A stretch of 64,000 nt of DNA, taken from contig JBFWRL010000001.1 in assembly GCA_050248915.1 (NCBI GenBank), positions 68,218 through 132,217 of the forward strand, in the 5' to 3' direction. The DNA comes from Candidatus Sericytochromatia bacterium (lineage in GTDB: Bacteria > Cyanobacteriota > Sericytochromatia > UBA7694). How positions within the stretch are numbered: position 1 is the stretch's first letter; each line of letters opens with the position of its first letter. Positions 16,685 to 26,869 of this stretch are shown here, piece by piece. The position numbers and the translations under genes are program-made. The notes under the pieces were generated by a model. That model was given only the letters and a program-made list of their open reading frames with translations. It did no database searches and was not told the origin of the DNA.

Positions 16685-17089
16685 ACGAAAACCGATCTGC
16701 CGGGGAGGGTGAATCCAACGGTGTAGTTCGGGAATCTGGACCTCGACCCCCGCCTGCAGCTCGTGCCGGGCAAACCAACCCCAGGCCACTTCCAAAAAAG
16801 CCCTCACAGGCTGGGCCGGAATCAGCAGCGGATCGCCTGGGGAGAGATCGTGAAGCGAGAGCAAATGCCCAGAGGGGGAGATAAAACCCACACTGATCGC
16901 CATATCCATCTCAGCCATGCCCACCCCTGCATACTCAGGGGGATCAAACACAAAGAGCAGGCCTTGGGTGTCTGTCAAAGGCGCGTGGCCAGAAAGGCCC
17001 CGCCGTTTGTCTTCCAGCAGCCAAGCCACGTCAACGACGAGGGCCTGGGTGCCGATCAACATCTCGGTCTGTTCGCGTTCGCGCCCCAA
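16676..17089 (-). CDS. DUF192-family protein
   Basis: 137 aa. The motif LSGHAPLTDTQGLLFVFDPPEYAGVGMAEMDMAISVGFI resembles the DUF192 (COG1430) core (...GLMFR...G.MLF.F..) from memory. Confidence 0.5.
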   Translation of the reverse strand: MGREREQTEMLIGTQALVVDVAWLLEDKRRGLSGHAPLTDTQGLLFVFDPPEYAGVGMAEMDMAISVGFISPSGHLLSLHDLSPGDPLLIPAQPVRAFLEVAWGWFARHELQAGVEVQIPELHRWIHPPRQIGFRLT

Positions 17090-17091
17090 AG

Positions 17092-17280
17092 TCAGTCTTT
17101 CACGGCCAATTTTAAAGCCAAAGGCACAATCACCAAATTGAGCGACAACATGCCGCAGACCATCAGACGCAGATTGTCGGCCATATCTGGCACCAAGACC
17201 TTAAAATAAAACAGGCCAATAATAAGCAGGTCGAGGACCGTATTAAAAATCACGATTTGCATGTATTTGGCCTGGTTCAT
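17092..17280 (-). CDS. Small hydrophobic membrane protein (62 aa)
   Basis: Two predicted TM helices. It ends 3 nt before the DUF192 gene start. Confidence 0.35.
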   Translation of the reverse strand: MNQAKYMQIVIFNTVLDLLIIGLFYFKVLVPDMADNLRLMVCGMLSLNLVIVPLALKLAVKD

Positions 17281-17303
17281 AAGCGGCTCCTTAAAGATAT
17301 AAT

Positions 17304-19133
17304 TTAGCGTTTGACCAGCACCAGCGAACTGGCCACAGGTCTTTCTCGGCCATCGGAAGGCCGATTGACCAATTGATTGCGAATCACCATAGCACTGGAA
17401 CCACCGCCATCAAAATTGAGGGCTTCTACGGCCCCTTTTTCTTTAAGCAGGCCCGCCAATTCCCAGAGAGTCAGGCCCTTGCTCTGGCTCTGGCGGCCAT
17501 CGACCACCAGCAGAATGATCTCCCCATTGCGTCCCAAGCCCAAAGCGGTGCGGGGGGCACGGCCTTTGGCGATATCTGCCTGAAAGCGCTCCTGCTCTGA
17601 GGTCACATGTAATTGGCCGTTTTTGATCAGGCGGGGGCCGCCCCCAACCATGTGTAAAATCTGTTCCCATTGCCCCAAAACCTGTGAATAGACCAAGGCC
17701 CGCATGCCAACATAGGCATTGGCTTTGAGCCAGCGTGCACCCTGGCCGTGGGCCGAGATCACATAGCCATCTTCGGGAATCGCCAAATTGGCAGGGGCCA
17801 TTGCTTGGACCGTGCCATCAGAGAGAATCTGAAGTTCGAGCGCATCTTCGCTGGGGGCTGTGCCGGTCTTTGCACCATAGCGGGGGGTGTACAAGACCAT
17901 TTGCTGGTTCTGACGGGGCAGATTGACGGCATTAAAGCGCATACGTTGGCGATTTTGCAGGGGAAATTCGACCGCCAGGCTGTGCTCGGTTTGGTCGATA
18001 AACCATTTGCCTGATTGGGTGAGCCCCAAAAGCGTACGCCCGTAAATGGGAGAAGAGATAAACTCGCCTTCTTTGATCAAAATACCCAGTGGTACCCCGG
18101 CCTGATTAAAATAGCCGGCATTGATCGCCGCCAAAGCATTGCTGCGGCGCGCCATGGCACTGACGGGTTCTTTGACAAAACCCTTGCCAAAGCCTGTACC
18201 TTGGCCCGCTAACTCAGGCACCAATTTCAGGCCCGAACCCGGTTGAATCTCGAGGCTGTAATGGGTCACGGGGCCAAAGCCCAAGCCCTGGTAAGTGCGG
18301 GTGTATTTGACGCCAGGGGCCACCTGCACACTTTTTTCCTCTTGAAAGACCTTGACCAAATCGACCATCAGGCGGTCGGGTTTGTCGAGCCAGAAGAGGC
18401 GGTGGGGTGAAGGATAATTTTTAAAAATCTGCAAACGCACAATGCCCCGGCCCATTTGTTGGATTTTGAGCCCTTTAAACAGCACATCGCTGCTCTCAGG
18501 CGTAAATTGTTCGGGCTCAGGCACCTCAGCCCCATAAAAATCCAGGGTAAGGCTCTGTTCACTCTCTTGTAATTGGTAGACAGGGGGCTGTTGAAATTCA
18601 ATCACCAGGCGGGTATACACATCTGAGGGCAAGAGATTCACGGCGCGAAAGGTGTTTAAGTCTTTGCTGATATGGATTTCGTTATTGGCTTTGTTGTAGC
18701 TAAAGCCGATGCCGAGATTGGCCAAAAGCGAACGCGGCACAAACAGGGTGTCTTGCTGCCAAATGGGCGCGTGGGAGATCATCATGCCCTGCTGGTTCCA
18801 GGTCACTTGGCGGGAGCCCTCTTTGACCAAATAAAAAACCCCAGGGCGCATCAAACGGGCACTGTGGTGGGCCGGGTCGAGTTCGACCCGCAAACCGAGA
18901 TGCTCCAATAATTTGACCGGCAAATAGAGCATGGTCGCACTCGTAAACGGGGACTGCAATTGGGTGATAGGCTTGTCGTTGAGGTAAATCACGGTGCTGC
19001 TGTTCTGGGCCAAGCGCAGCGGCTGAGCTGCGGCCGGCAATGGAGCAGGAGTTGCTCCACTCAAAGGCTGAAAACCCAGTCCCAGCACCAGGCTCAATGC
19101 GAAAGCCAACAACCATCCCCTTAGCATAGACAC
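17304..19133 (-). CDS. Phosphodiester glycosidase (NAGPA-domain) family secreted protein
   Basis: 609 aa with signal peptide. The C-terminal block LGLGRNGEIILLVVDGRQSQSKGLTLWELAGLLKEKGAVEALNFDGGGSSAMVIRNQLVNRPSDGRERPVASSLVLV matches the NAGPA family signature (…NLDGGGS…PSDG.ER.V…). Confidence 0.65.
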   Translation of the reverse strand: MSMLRGWLLAFALSLVLGLGFQPLSGATPAPLPAAAQPLRLAQNSSTVIYLNDKPITQLQSPFTSATMLYLPVKLLEHLGLRVELDPAHHSARLMRPGVFYLVKEGSRQVTWNQQGMMISHAPIWQQDTLFVPRSLLANLGIGFSYNKANNEIHISKDLNTFRAVNLLPSDVYTRLVIEFQQPPVYQLQESEQSLTLDFYGAEVPEPEQFTPESSDVLFKGLKIQQMGRGIVRLQIFKNYPSPHRLFWLDKPDRLMVDLVKVFQEEKSVQVAPGVKYTRTYQGLGFGPVTHYSLEIQPGSGLKLVPELAGQGTGFGKGFVKEPVSAMARRSNALAAINAGYFNQAGVPLGILIKEGEFISSPIYGRTLLGLTQSGKWFIDQTEHSLAVEFPLQNRQRMRFNAVNLPRQNQQMVLYTPRYGAKTGTAPSEDALELQILSDGTVQAMAPANLAIPEDGYVISAHGQGARWLKANAYVGMRALVYSQVLGQWEQILHMVGGGPRLIKNGQLHVTSEQERFQADIAKGRAPRTALGLGRNGEIILLVVDGRQSQSKGLTLWELAGLLKEKGAVEALNFDGGGSSAMVIRNQLVNRPSDGRERPVASSLVLVKR

Positions 19134-20300
19134 CTATCCAGCCATCAAGAGCGGCGAGCCATTGACGGGGCGGGGGCTGCTCAAAACCGAATCATAAACA
19201 GCCTCAACCGCGGCCAAATTGGTTTCGAGCCGGTAGCGCTCGACCACCCGCTCGCGGGCCTTTAATTTGAGGTTGGCGACAAAATCCGGGTGTTGGTGCA
19301 ACAATTGCAGAGCAAAGCTCAACTCGGATTTGACTTTGCCGGGGTTGATAATCACCCCTGCGCCCTGGTCCAAAACTTCGCCATCGGAGCCCACGTCGGT
19401 GGCCACGGTGGCCAAACCACAGGCCATAGCTTCGAGCAGGGCAATTGAGAGCCCTTCGACCTGGGAGGGCAGAATAAAGATATCGCTGCCGCGCAGCACA
19501 TCCAAGCGATCGGCTTCGCCCAAGAAGCCTGTCCAGACCAAATTGGGCACTTCGCTGTAAAGCGACTGCAAGAGCTGTTTTTGGCTGCCATCGCCGACCA
19601 TCACCAATTGGGTCTGGGGCAGGGCCAGGCGCATAAAGACCTTGAGCAATTCATCGAGGCCTTTTTCAGGGGCAATCCGGCCCATATATGTCATGATCAG
19701 CTTATCTGGGTAGCGCTGACGAAAGGCCGAGGGCCCCGGAGAGAACCGCTCTGTGTCGATTGCATTGGGCACAATCGCGATCCGCTCTTCGCTCACCCCC
19801 ACGCGCATCAGCAATTGTTTTTGCAAATTCGAGAAGATGATCACGCGGTCGGAATCGGCCATTTGCTGAGCATAGAGCTGATAGGTCAGATAACTGGTGC
19901 CGCTGAAAAAGCTCGGGCGGCGGTCAAAGGCATTGTGAAAGGTCGAAACCAGGGGAATGCCCAATTTGTGGCAAATCTCGGGCAGGTTAAAGTCCATGGC
20001 TGAAATGGGCAAAGAGGCATGGACCACATCGGGTTGCCAGTCCTGCAGGGCCTGGGTCAAAATCTTGGCCGAGGTCGGGCTGGGAATGGTATACATCTGA
20101 GACTTGTAGAGATAGGGGATTTTGACCTCGTGGCTCTCTTCCATCGGGGTCTCGGGGGCATTTTCAGGATCTTCAAAATGCACAAAGAGCACTTCGTGGC
20201 CCCGTTCGGAGAGCCCACGCACAAGTTCTTTGCAATAGGTCACGTTGCCACAGAAGGGGGACTTTTTGCCAATCCAGGCAATGCGGTAGGTCTTTTTCAT
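19134..20300 (-). CDS. Glycosyltransferase family 4 (GT-B, group 1)
   Basis: 388 aa. The N-terminus KIAWIGKKSPFCGNVTYCKELVRGLSERGHEVLFV and the C-terminal EGLSIALLEAMACGLATVATDVGSDGE motif are typical of group-1 transferases. It abuts the NAGPA gene (19133/19134). Confidence 0.8.
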   Translation of the reverse strand: MKKTYRIAWIGKKSPFCGNVTYCKELVRGLSERGHEVLFVHFEDPENAPETPMEESHEVKIPYLYKSQMYTIPSPTSAKILTQALQDWQPDVVHASLPISAMDFNLPEICHKLGIPLVSTFHNAFDRRPSFFSGTSYLTYQLYAQQMADSDRVIIFSNLQKQLLMRVGVSEERIAIVPNAIDTERFSPGPSAFRQRYPDKLIMTYMGRIAPEKGLDELLKVFMRLALPQTQLVMVGDGSQKQLLQSLYSEVPNLVWTGFLGEADRLDVLRGSDIFILPSQVEGLSIALLEAMACGLATVATDVGSDGEVLDQGAGVIINPGKVKSELSFALQLLHQHPDFVANLKLKARERVVERYRLETNLAAVEAVYDSVLSSPRPVNGSPLLMAG

Positions 20301-20302
20301 CG

Positions 20303-20310
20303 TTTTTTTT
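20303..20310. repeat. T8/A8 homopolymer immediately 5' of the GT4 start codon
   Basis: cgttttttttac at 20301-20312. The GT4 ATG is at 20300-20298 on the minus strand. Confidence 0.8.
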
Positions 20311-20507
20311 ACACACAGGTGTTTGTTTGATTCTGGTGCTATTTTAACACGAAGGGGGATGCGGCATATGGGTTGACTCTCACAGCCCCTGTACTGCCCG
20401 CAGCAGAGAGAATATTTAAACAGGGCTTAACCAATTGGGCCGGGCAGGTTATAATGAGAAAATCGAAAAAAACCAAAACAGATTAATTAAAAAGCAATTG
20501 GGATTTC

Positions 20508-21347
20508 ATGACCACACAGCCATACCGCCTCGAAGATCTTTTTACGCCCGCTGAAACCGCCAAAGACAGCCTCTTCAGCCAAACCTCAATTCGCCCTGAA
20601 GTGGCGATTGTGTTGGGCTCCGGCATCCAAATTTTTGAAAACCTGGAAGACCAGGAAGTGGTGCCTTACGAAAAAATTCAGGGCTTTCCCAAAGCCTCCG
20701 TCAAAGGCCACAAAGGGGAGATCACCCTGGGCAAATTTGAGGGCAAATCGGTGGCCATTTTTCATGGCCGCCTGCATCGCTACGAAGGCCACCCCTGGTC
20801 CAACGTGGTATTCCCCACCACCTTGATGCACGCCATGGGTGTCAAAAACATCATTATGACCAATGCCGCAGGGGGGATTCACCGCTATTACACCCCTGGC
20901 GATCTGGTTTTGATTCGCGACCATATCTATTGGCAGCCTGTGACCCAAGAAGAGCGGGCCTACCTGAGCCTCAAACTCGGCAACGAGCGCATGTACTTTA
21001 ATTTTGATCCAGCCCTGCTCGAAAAGGCCCGGCTGGCCGCTCACGACTCTGACGTGGCCCTGCGCCAAGGTACCTATGTCTGCTTGCTGGGCCCCACTTA
21101 CGAAACCCACGGCGAATTGCGCCTGTTTAGCCGCATGGGCGGCGATATTGTGGGCATGTCGACCATTCCCGAAGCGATCTGGGCCCAGGCCCTGGGACTG
21201 GGTGTGGTCTGTTTCTCCTGTGTGACCAACGTGACCTATGATCCCCTGGCCCTGGCCAATACCTCCCACGAAGAAGTGGTGGAAGTGGCCCAACAGAGTT
21301 CGGCCCGCCTCGATCAATTGCTGCAGGCCCTGCTCCGCCGCCTGTGA
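20508..21347 (+). CDS. punA: Purine nucleoside phosphorylase (PNP/MTAP family, PunA-like)
   Basis: AIVLGSGIQ...IQGFPKASVKGHKGEITLGKFEGKSVAIFHGRLHRYEGHPWSNVVFPTTLMHAMGVKNIIMTNAAGGI matches the trimeric PNP-I signature. Confidence 0.8.
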   Translation: MTTQPYRLEDLFTPAETAKDSLFSQTSIRPEVAIVLGSGIQIFENLEDQEVVPYEKIQGFPKASVKGHKGEITLGKFEGKSVAIFHGRLHRYEGHPWSNVVFPTTLMHAMGVKNIIMTNAAGGIHRYYTPGDLVLIRDHIYWQPVTQEERAYLSLKLGNERMYFNFDPALLEKARLAAHDSDVALRQGTYVCLLGPTYETHGELRLFSRMGGDIVGMSTIPEAIWAQALGLGVVCFSCVTNVTYDPLALANTSHEEVVEVAQQSSARLDQLLQALLRRL

Positions 21348-22126
21348 CGCCGCACCTGAGCTTGGCCGATCTGGCAGATCCCGCTCTACGCGGAGATCTG
21401 GCAAAAATGTTAAAACAGGCCAAGTCGGTGCTGGCCATTACCGGTGCCGGGGTTTCGGCAGAAAGTGGTATTTCGACCTTTCGCGGCGCAGGCGGCTATT
21501 GGGAAAAATTCCGAGCCGAAGATCTGGCTTCGCCCAGGGGGTTTGCCAAAGATCCTGAATTGGTCTGGCGCTGGTACAATGAGCGGCGAAAAACGATTCT
21601 CACCAGCCAACCCAACCCCGGCCATTTTGCCCTGGCTGCCTTAGAAAAAGTGTTTCCTCAATTTTTGCTGGTGACCCAAAACGTGGATGGTTTCCACGGC
21701 CAAGCAGGCAGCGAGAAACTGATCGAGATCCACGGCAGCATTTGGGAATTGCGCTGCACCCGCGAGGGCAAAATCTGGACCGACCGCCAGGTTTTTGAGG
21801 ATTTGCCTGTCTACTGTGAGTGTGGTGCTTTGGCCCGGCCCAATGTGCTCTGGTTTGGCGAGAGTTACAACCCCAATTTGTTTCACCAAGCGCAGAAAGC
21901 CGCCTCCCAAGCGGATCTCATTCTGGTCGCAGGCACCTCGGGCCAGGTCTGGATTGTGGCTGGCTTGCTGCAAGCCCAATCCCAACACCGGGGCCAAGGC
22001 CAGGCGATTGAGATCAACCTGGAAGCCAGCGATTTAACATCCGAAGTGGATCTCTTGCTAAAAGGCCCCTCGGGCCAGATTTTGCCCCATATTTTAGAGC
22101 TACTAAAAAACGAGAAACAGACCTAA
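21344..22126 (+). CDS. cobB: NAD-dependent protein deacylase (Sir2 family)
   Basis: GAGVSAESGISTFRGAGGYWE...VTQNVDGFH...HGSIWELRC. There is a Zn-ribbon Cys pair (CECG). A 4-nt ATGA overlap joins it to the upstream gene. Confidence 0.8.
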   Translation: MTPHLSLADLADPALRGDLAKMLKQAKSVLAITGAGVSAESGISTFRGAGGYWEKFRAEDLASPRGFAKDPELVWRWYNERRKTILTSQPNPGHFALAALEKVFPQFLLVTQNVDGFHGQAGSEKLIEIHGSIWELRCTREGKIWTDRQVFEDLPVYCECGALARPNVLWFGESYNPNLFHQAQKAASQADLILVAGTSGQVWIVAGLLQAQSQHRGQGQAIEINLEASDLTSEVDLLLKGPSGQILPHILELLKNEKQT

Positions 22127-22293
22127 TTGGAACAGACCGATTGCTGGGTTAACTTTGATCACCGAAATGCGTTTAAATAAGCATTAAACTTAAAATAGGC
22201 TCAGAAGGCCGCTTAAGATTTGTTAAACTTTGAATAAGATTCGGGCGCACAGCAAAATCAGGGCTGTCGGCGCCCTCATGTTCTGAAAGGAAA

Positions 22294-23676
22294 GTGGCGG
22301 TGGAATCCCTACAGGGACTGACACAATGGATTGCCCACTTCGTGACATCACTGCGCTGGCAGGATTTTCTCGACGTGGCTCTGGTCAGTTTTGTCTTTTA
22401 CAGACTCTTTTCGTTTGTCAAAGAGACCCGCGCCGCCCATTTGATCCGCGGCGTGCTGCTGCTGGTGATCATTTATTTTATTGCCAATACCTTCCTCGAA
22501 TTGCGGATCTTGACCTCGGTGCTGCAAAATGCAGCCACCCTGGTCATTGTTGCCATTCCCGTGGTCTTTCAGCCTGAATTGCGCAAAGCCCTCTCAGAAC
22601 TTGGACGCGGGGTTTCGCTCTTTCCGGGTGAGCGGCTCAAAGGCAAAGAGCTCTTTGGCGTGACCAATACCCTCGTCAATGCGGTCCAAGAAATGTCGGA
22701 AAACCGTACAGGGGCGCTGATCGTGATCGAGCGCCAAATTGGACTGAGTGAATACTCCTCCGATGGCTACCCTGTTGATGCCCAGGTCTCAAAAGAGCTT
22801 CTGCTGACCATTTTTCACGATGGCACCCCCATGCACGATGGGGCCGTGGTCTTGCGGGGCGATCGGCTTGTGGCCGCAGGGGTGGTCTTGCCGCTGATCG
22901 AAACCCTCAAATCCCCAGCGGGGATCTATTGGGGCACCCGCCACCGAGCGGCCCTGGGCATTACCGATGTCTCAGATGCAGCATGCATCGTGGTCTCGGA
23001 AGAGACCGGCAGCATCTCCCTGATCGAAGGGGGCAAAATTCACCGCAATCTGGGTGAAGAGACCCTCGAACGCAAATTACTCGAAATTTTTCAGATGCAG
23101 CAGCCCCAGGAAGAGGGTTCAGGTGGCTTTAATCTCTGGAGTTTTTTGCCGCTGCGCAAAAGCCCAGCCCCAGTTCAGACCAGCGCGGGCTCCGGCCAAT
23201 TGGTCGAAATCCGTGTCAATCCCTTTTTGGCTCTGTCGCGCCGCCTGTCTGACAGCTTTTTATTCAATTTGCGTTTTATTGCGATATTGATCGCAATTAT
23301 CTGGGGTCTGGCCATTGGTATGGGCACCGATCATAACCCCCCGACCCCCACCCTTGATCTCGAAGCCCATACCCGCGAAGTGCTCTTGCCAATTGGCATT
23401 CAGGGCAATATTCAAAAATACCAGGTTCAAACCACGCCCCTTCAGGCCACGGTGGTTTTAACCGGCAAAAATGCCGATCTCAAAAACCTGGCTCCCGAAG
23501 CGGTCAAAATTTATGTCGAGGTCAAAGATCCCAGCAAAGCCGAACAAATTTTGCCCCTCTCGGTCTTTTTGCCCCCCGATATCCAGTTTAAGGATCTGCG
23601 CCCGCGCACAGTCAGCCTCAAACTCACGCCAGCCAAACCCCTTTTAAGCCCAGCTCCCAAGGCCCAAGGGCGTTAA
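22294..23676 (+). CDS. cdaA: Diadenylate cyclase CdaA with fused C-terminal YbbR-like (CdaR-type) module
   Basis: N-terminal 3 TM helices. The DAC domain carries the DGA and RHR motifs (MHDGAVVLRGDRLVAAG...GTRHRAALGITDVSDAACIVVSEETGSISL). After a second hydrophobic segment, a 180-aa beta-rich C-terminal region with YbbR-like repeats follows (…QVQTTPLQATVVLTGKNADLKNL…VKIYVEVKDPS…). Confidence 0.75.
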   Translation: MAVESLQGLTQWIAHFVTSLRWQDFLDVALVSFVFYRLFSFVKETRAAHLIRGVLLLVIIYFIANTFLELRILTSVLQNAATLVIVAIPVVFQPELRKALSELGRGVSLFPGERLKGKELFGVTNTLVNAVQEMSENRTGALIVIERQIGLSEYSSDGYPVDAQVSKELLLTIFHDGTPMHDGAVVLRGDRLVAAGVVLPLIETLKSPAGIYWGTRHRAALGITDVSDAACIVVSEETGSISLIEGGKIHRNLGEETLERKLLEIFQMQQPQEEGSGGFNLWSFLPLRKSPAPVQTSAGSGQLVEIRVNPFLALSRRLSDSFLFNLRFIAILIAIIWGLAIGMGTDHNPPTPTLDLEAHTREVLLPIGIQGNIQKYQVQTTPLQATVVLTGKNADLKNLAPEAVKIYVEVKDPSKAEQILPLSVFLPPDIQFKDLRPRTVSLKLTPAKPLLSPAPKAQGR

Positions 23677-23680
23677 ACAG

Positions 23681-24658
23681 ATGTCTTTGGAACGGATTAT
23701 TTTGCTCACTGGGGAAGACGAATGGCAGCGCAGCAAATATTTAAACGATCTGGTCGAGAAACAGCTCGATCCCGAATGGCGGGACTTCAATCTGGAGCGC
23801 TTCAATGGCGACGAAACAGAGCCCGCGCGTATTTTGGAGAGCTGGCTCACCCCCCCATTTTGGGGTGAGTGCCGCCTCCTGCAGATCGATTTTTTGCGCA
23901 GCCCCGAGGCCTTAAACACCTTGATGGGTGTGCTGGGCGACTACACCGAAAAACACACCCCAGAGAGCCCCAATTTTTTGGTGATGCTCAGCGAAAGTGT
24001 CGACAAACGCCGCAAAGAAACCAAAAACCTGATCAAAAAAATCCAACACCACGATTTTCAGGCCATCAAAAGCTGGAACATTGAAAAAGAATTACATCCC
24101 TGGATCGAAGAAGAGCTGCGCAAAGCGGGCAAACGTATCAGCCGCCCGGCCTTGCAATACTTGGCCCGCGCCCTGGGCACCGACAAATACGCCCTGCAGC
24201 AGAGCATTGAAAAATTGCTGACTTTTTTGGGCCGCGAAACCATGCTGGAAGAAAGCCATGTGCGGGCCTTGGTAACGCCCACCGAAGCCGATGTGTTTAG
24301 TCTGCTGGAGTGCCTGGCCCAACGGCGCGAAGCACAAGCGCTACAAGACTTGCACCAGCAATTATTGCACGAAAGCCCCGAGGCCATTTTGGCCTCACTG
24401 GCAGCCAATTTGCGCAGTTTGTACCGCGCAAAATACCTGCAAACCCAAAAATGGGGCCAAGAAGAAATCGCCAAAGAGCTGGGCCAACACAGTTTTAGAC
24501 TCAAAAAAAACCTTGAACTCTGGCAGGCTTATGGCCTCAAAGAGATCGACCAGGGACTGCGACGGCTTCTGGATTTACAAACCCGCATGCGCCAGGGTCT
24601 GCGACTGGATCCAGCCATGGCCCTCGAACTGTGGCTGCATGAAATGATCTCAGCCTAA
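23681..24658 (+). CDS. holA: DNA polymerase III delta subunit
   Basis: 325 aa. The N-terminus (RIILLTGEDEWQRSKYLNDLVEK) and a C-terminal helical domain are consistent with HolA. It starts 5 nt after the cdaA stop. Confidence 0.55.
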   Translation: MSLERIILLTGEDEWQRSKYLNDLVEKQLDPEWRDFNLERFNGDETEPARILESWLTPPFWGECRLLQIDFLRSPEALNTLMGVLGDYTEKHTPESPNFLVMLSESVDKRRKETKNLIKKIQHHDFQAIKSWNIEKELHPWIEEELRKAGKRISRPALQYLARALGTDKYALQQSIEKLLTFLGRETMLEESHVRALVTPTEADVFSLLECLAQRREAQALQDLHQQLLHESPEAILASLAANLRSLYRAKYLQTQKWGQEEIAKELGQHSFRLKKNLELWQAYGLKEIDQGLRRLLDLQTRMRQGLRLDPAMALELWLHEMISA

Positions 24659-24814
24659 GCCCCCTCTGAGCAGCGCTTGTGATCGATCCGGCTTAAATTC
24701 AGGTGGATCCCTCACAGCTTTGGAGCAAATCTGCGTGATATGCTGATCAGCAAAGGGTTAGCCCCTGTTTGATCGCCCCTTTAAAAACACGTAATATTAG
24801 CAAGGTTAAGGCTC

Positions 24815-25588
24815 ATGCTCCGTCGTTTTCAACAAATGCTGAATACCGCTTTTCTTCCTGGCCCCGCAGACAAAGCAGCCCAGGCCGCCATTCTCTTTTC
24901 TGAAGAGCAGCCCCGGCCCGAGCGTCCCCCATTGCAGTTGCCCGCCTCACTGCAGGCGGCCCCAGCCAAACCAGAGCCTGTAACCAGTTTGCCCCCCTTG
25001 CCCCGCCCGATGGCCCCACTGCAAAGTGAATTTTTTAAGGCCGCATCTCTCAAAGCGGCCCCCGTTCGGGTTTCGGCCCCACCGGCGCGGGCCATAAGCC
25101 AGGCCCCATCATTGGCTGAGATCTGTGCAGAGCAGGCTCCCACCCCTCTTTTAAAGACCTTACACGAACAGGCCCGCTGGTTTTATGAATACCGGCCCGC
25201 TGCGCCCTCACTCTCAGTCAATACGGTGTTTAAACCGATTATTCGCTGTGCTCCCCTGCCGGGCCTGCTCGACTACCAGCGTGTGCAAATCTTTGTCGAA
25301 TCGACCCAAGACGAACACATTTCCCTGGATTTAGAGGTAGCCGAACAAAGCGAGGCCCTGATTCTGATTGGCGATGTCCAACCCGGTCAATATTCGGGTT
25401 GTCGCCTGCGGGTTCCCACCAACCGCGAAATTGAAGTCTGCTTTCGGATTTTTGCCACAGAAGCACAAAGCACTGCCAAGGCACCTCTCTACGCCCTCAA
25501 ACTCAGCCCGGTGGAGCCCACCTCAAAATTGGAAGCCGTCTTAAGTGAAGCCTGCTTTGTTGCAGAAAGCCAACTGGCCACCGTTTAA
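24815..25588 (+). CDS. Hypothetical Ala/Pro-rich protein
   Basis: 257 aa. The N-terminal half is low-complexity A/P-rich. The C-terminal 120 aa form a beta-rich domain of unknown family. Confidence 0.4.
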   Translation: MLRRFQQMLNTAFLPGPADKAAQAAILFSEEQPRPERPPLQLPASLQAAPAKPEPVTSLPPLPRPMAPLQSEFFKAASLKAAPVRVSAPPARAISQAPSLAEICAEQAPTPLLKTLHEQARWFYEYRPAAPSLSVNTVFKPIIRCAPLPGLLDYQRVQIFVESTQDEHISLDLEVAEQSEALILIGDVQPGQYSGCRLRVPTNREIEVCFRIFATEAQSTAKAPLYALKLSPVEPTSKLEAVLSEACFVAESQLATV

Positions 25589-25624
25589 ACAGCAGGTGTG
25601 AGCGCATCCGTCACAACACAAGCC

Positions 25625-25655
25625 AGGGGCGGTGAGAGTGATTCTCACCGCCCCT
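25625..25655. terminator. Bidirectional rho-independent terminator between convergent genes
   Basis: Perfect 13-bp stem aggggcggtgaga / tctcaccgcccct with a 5-nt loop, lying between the hypothetical gene (stop 25588) and mdh (stop 25690). Confidence 0.7.
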
Positions 25656-25689
25656 GAAATTTGGCGACAACTTAAAAGCGCCTCAGCGC

Positions 25690-26679
25690 TTAGCCGCCGA
25701 GCAATTCGCTCACCGCTTCTTTTTCTTCCAGCAATTCCTGCAGGGTTCCCGCGATTTTTTCACGGGAGAAATCGTTGAGGTCAACCCCTTTCACGATCTC
25801 CCAATTTTGGCCATCGCTGCGAATGGGGAAGCTGAACATCAGGCCTTCGGGCACGTCATAACTGCCGTCGGAACTGACTGCAACCGAGAAAAACTCACCG
25901 GCCGGGGTGGGGTTGATCAGGTTTTTGACCGTATCCATGGCGGCATTGGCGGCAGAAGCGGCAGAAGAGAGGCCACGGGCCTTGATAATCGCGGCACCAC
26001 GCTGCTGCACATTGGCAATAAATTCGCCTTTGAGCCAATCGTGATCGCCAATCACTTCGGGCACCGGTTGGCCATTGACAGTGGCATCAAAGAAATTGGG
26101 GTATTGAGTGGCTGAATGGTTGCCCCAAATTGCGACATTTTTCACAGCTGTGCTGTGAACGCCCGCTTTCTGGGCAATCTGCGAGAAAGCGCGGTTCTGA
26201 TCGAGCATGGTCATGGCAAAGAAATTTTTGGCCGAGAGGCGTTTGCAGACACTTTTGGCAATCAAAGCATTGGTATTACAGGGGTTGCCCACCACCAAGA
26301 CCTTACAATCGGCACTGGCCACGGCATCGAGGGCTTGGCCCTGTTTGGTGAAGATCCCGCCGTTGATATTCAGCAGGTCTTTGCGCTCCATGCCTGCTTT
26401 GCGGGGCACAGAGCCAACCAGCAGCGCCCAATCAGCGTCTTTAAAGGCCACATGCATATCGTCGGTACAGGTAATCGAAGCCAGGCTTGGGAAAGCACAG
26501 TCATCCAGCTCCATTTTGACCCCTTCCAGGGCCGATAAGGCCTGGGGCAATTCCAATAATTGCAAGTGGACATCTACGTCATGGCCAAAAACTTCACCCG
26601 AGGCCAAACGAAACAACAGGGCATAGCCAATTTGACCCGCGGCACCGGTCACGGCAACTCTTACAGATTTGCGACTCAT
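25690..26679 (-). CDS. mdh: Malate dehydrogenase (NAD-dependent, LDH-like cytosolic type)
   Basis: [32 protein letters not shown]... at 329 aa is typical of the Thermus/actinobacterial-type MDH subfamily. Confidence 0.9.
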   Translation of the reverse strand: MSRKSVRVAVTGAAGQIGYALLFRLASGEVFGHDVDVHLQLLELPQALSALEGVKMELDDCAFPSLASITCTDDMHVAFKDADWALLVGSVPRKAGMERKDLLNINGGIFTKQGQALDAVASADCKVLVVGNPCNTNALIAKSVCKRLSAKNFFAMTMLDQNRAFSQIAQKAGVHSTAVKNVAIWGNHSATQYPNFFDATVNGQPVPEVIGDHDWLKGEFIANVQQRGAAIIKARGLSSAASAANAAMDTVKNLINPTPAGEFFSVAVSSDGSYDVPEGLMFSFPIRSDGQNWEIVKGVDLNDFSREKIAGTLQELLEEKEAVSELLGG

Positions 26680-26869
26680 TAATCGATCCTCACTTTGTGC
26701 TTACTCATCACTTTAAATATGCTGGAAGAAACCACACCATTCTAACATGGGGGCAAGCCCAAACATGGGGAAAGCGCCAATTCGAAAATCTCAGGCTATA
26801 ATAAGGCAAGAAACCGGCCCCGCTTTCTGAAAACAATCCGGTGCAAGTTCCGGGGAATGAGAACCGCCG

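Noticed and set aside
20586-21404. 272-aa minus-strand ORF opposite the punA-like gene
   Set aside because: The opposite strand encodes a strongly conserved PNP. This is a shadow ORF.
24815-25588. PilZ-domain assignment for the Ala/Pro-rich 257-aa protein
   Set aside because: I could not find the RxxxR and D/NxSxxG motifs. It is left as hypothetical.
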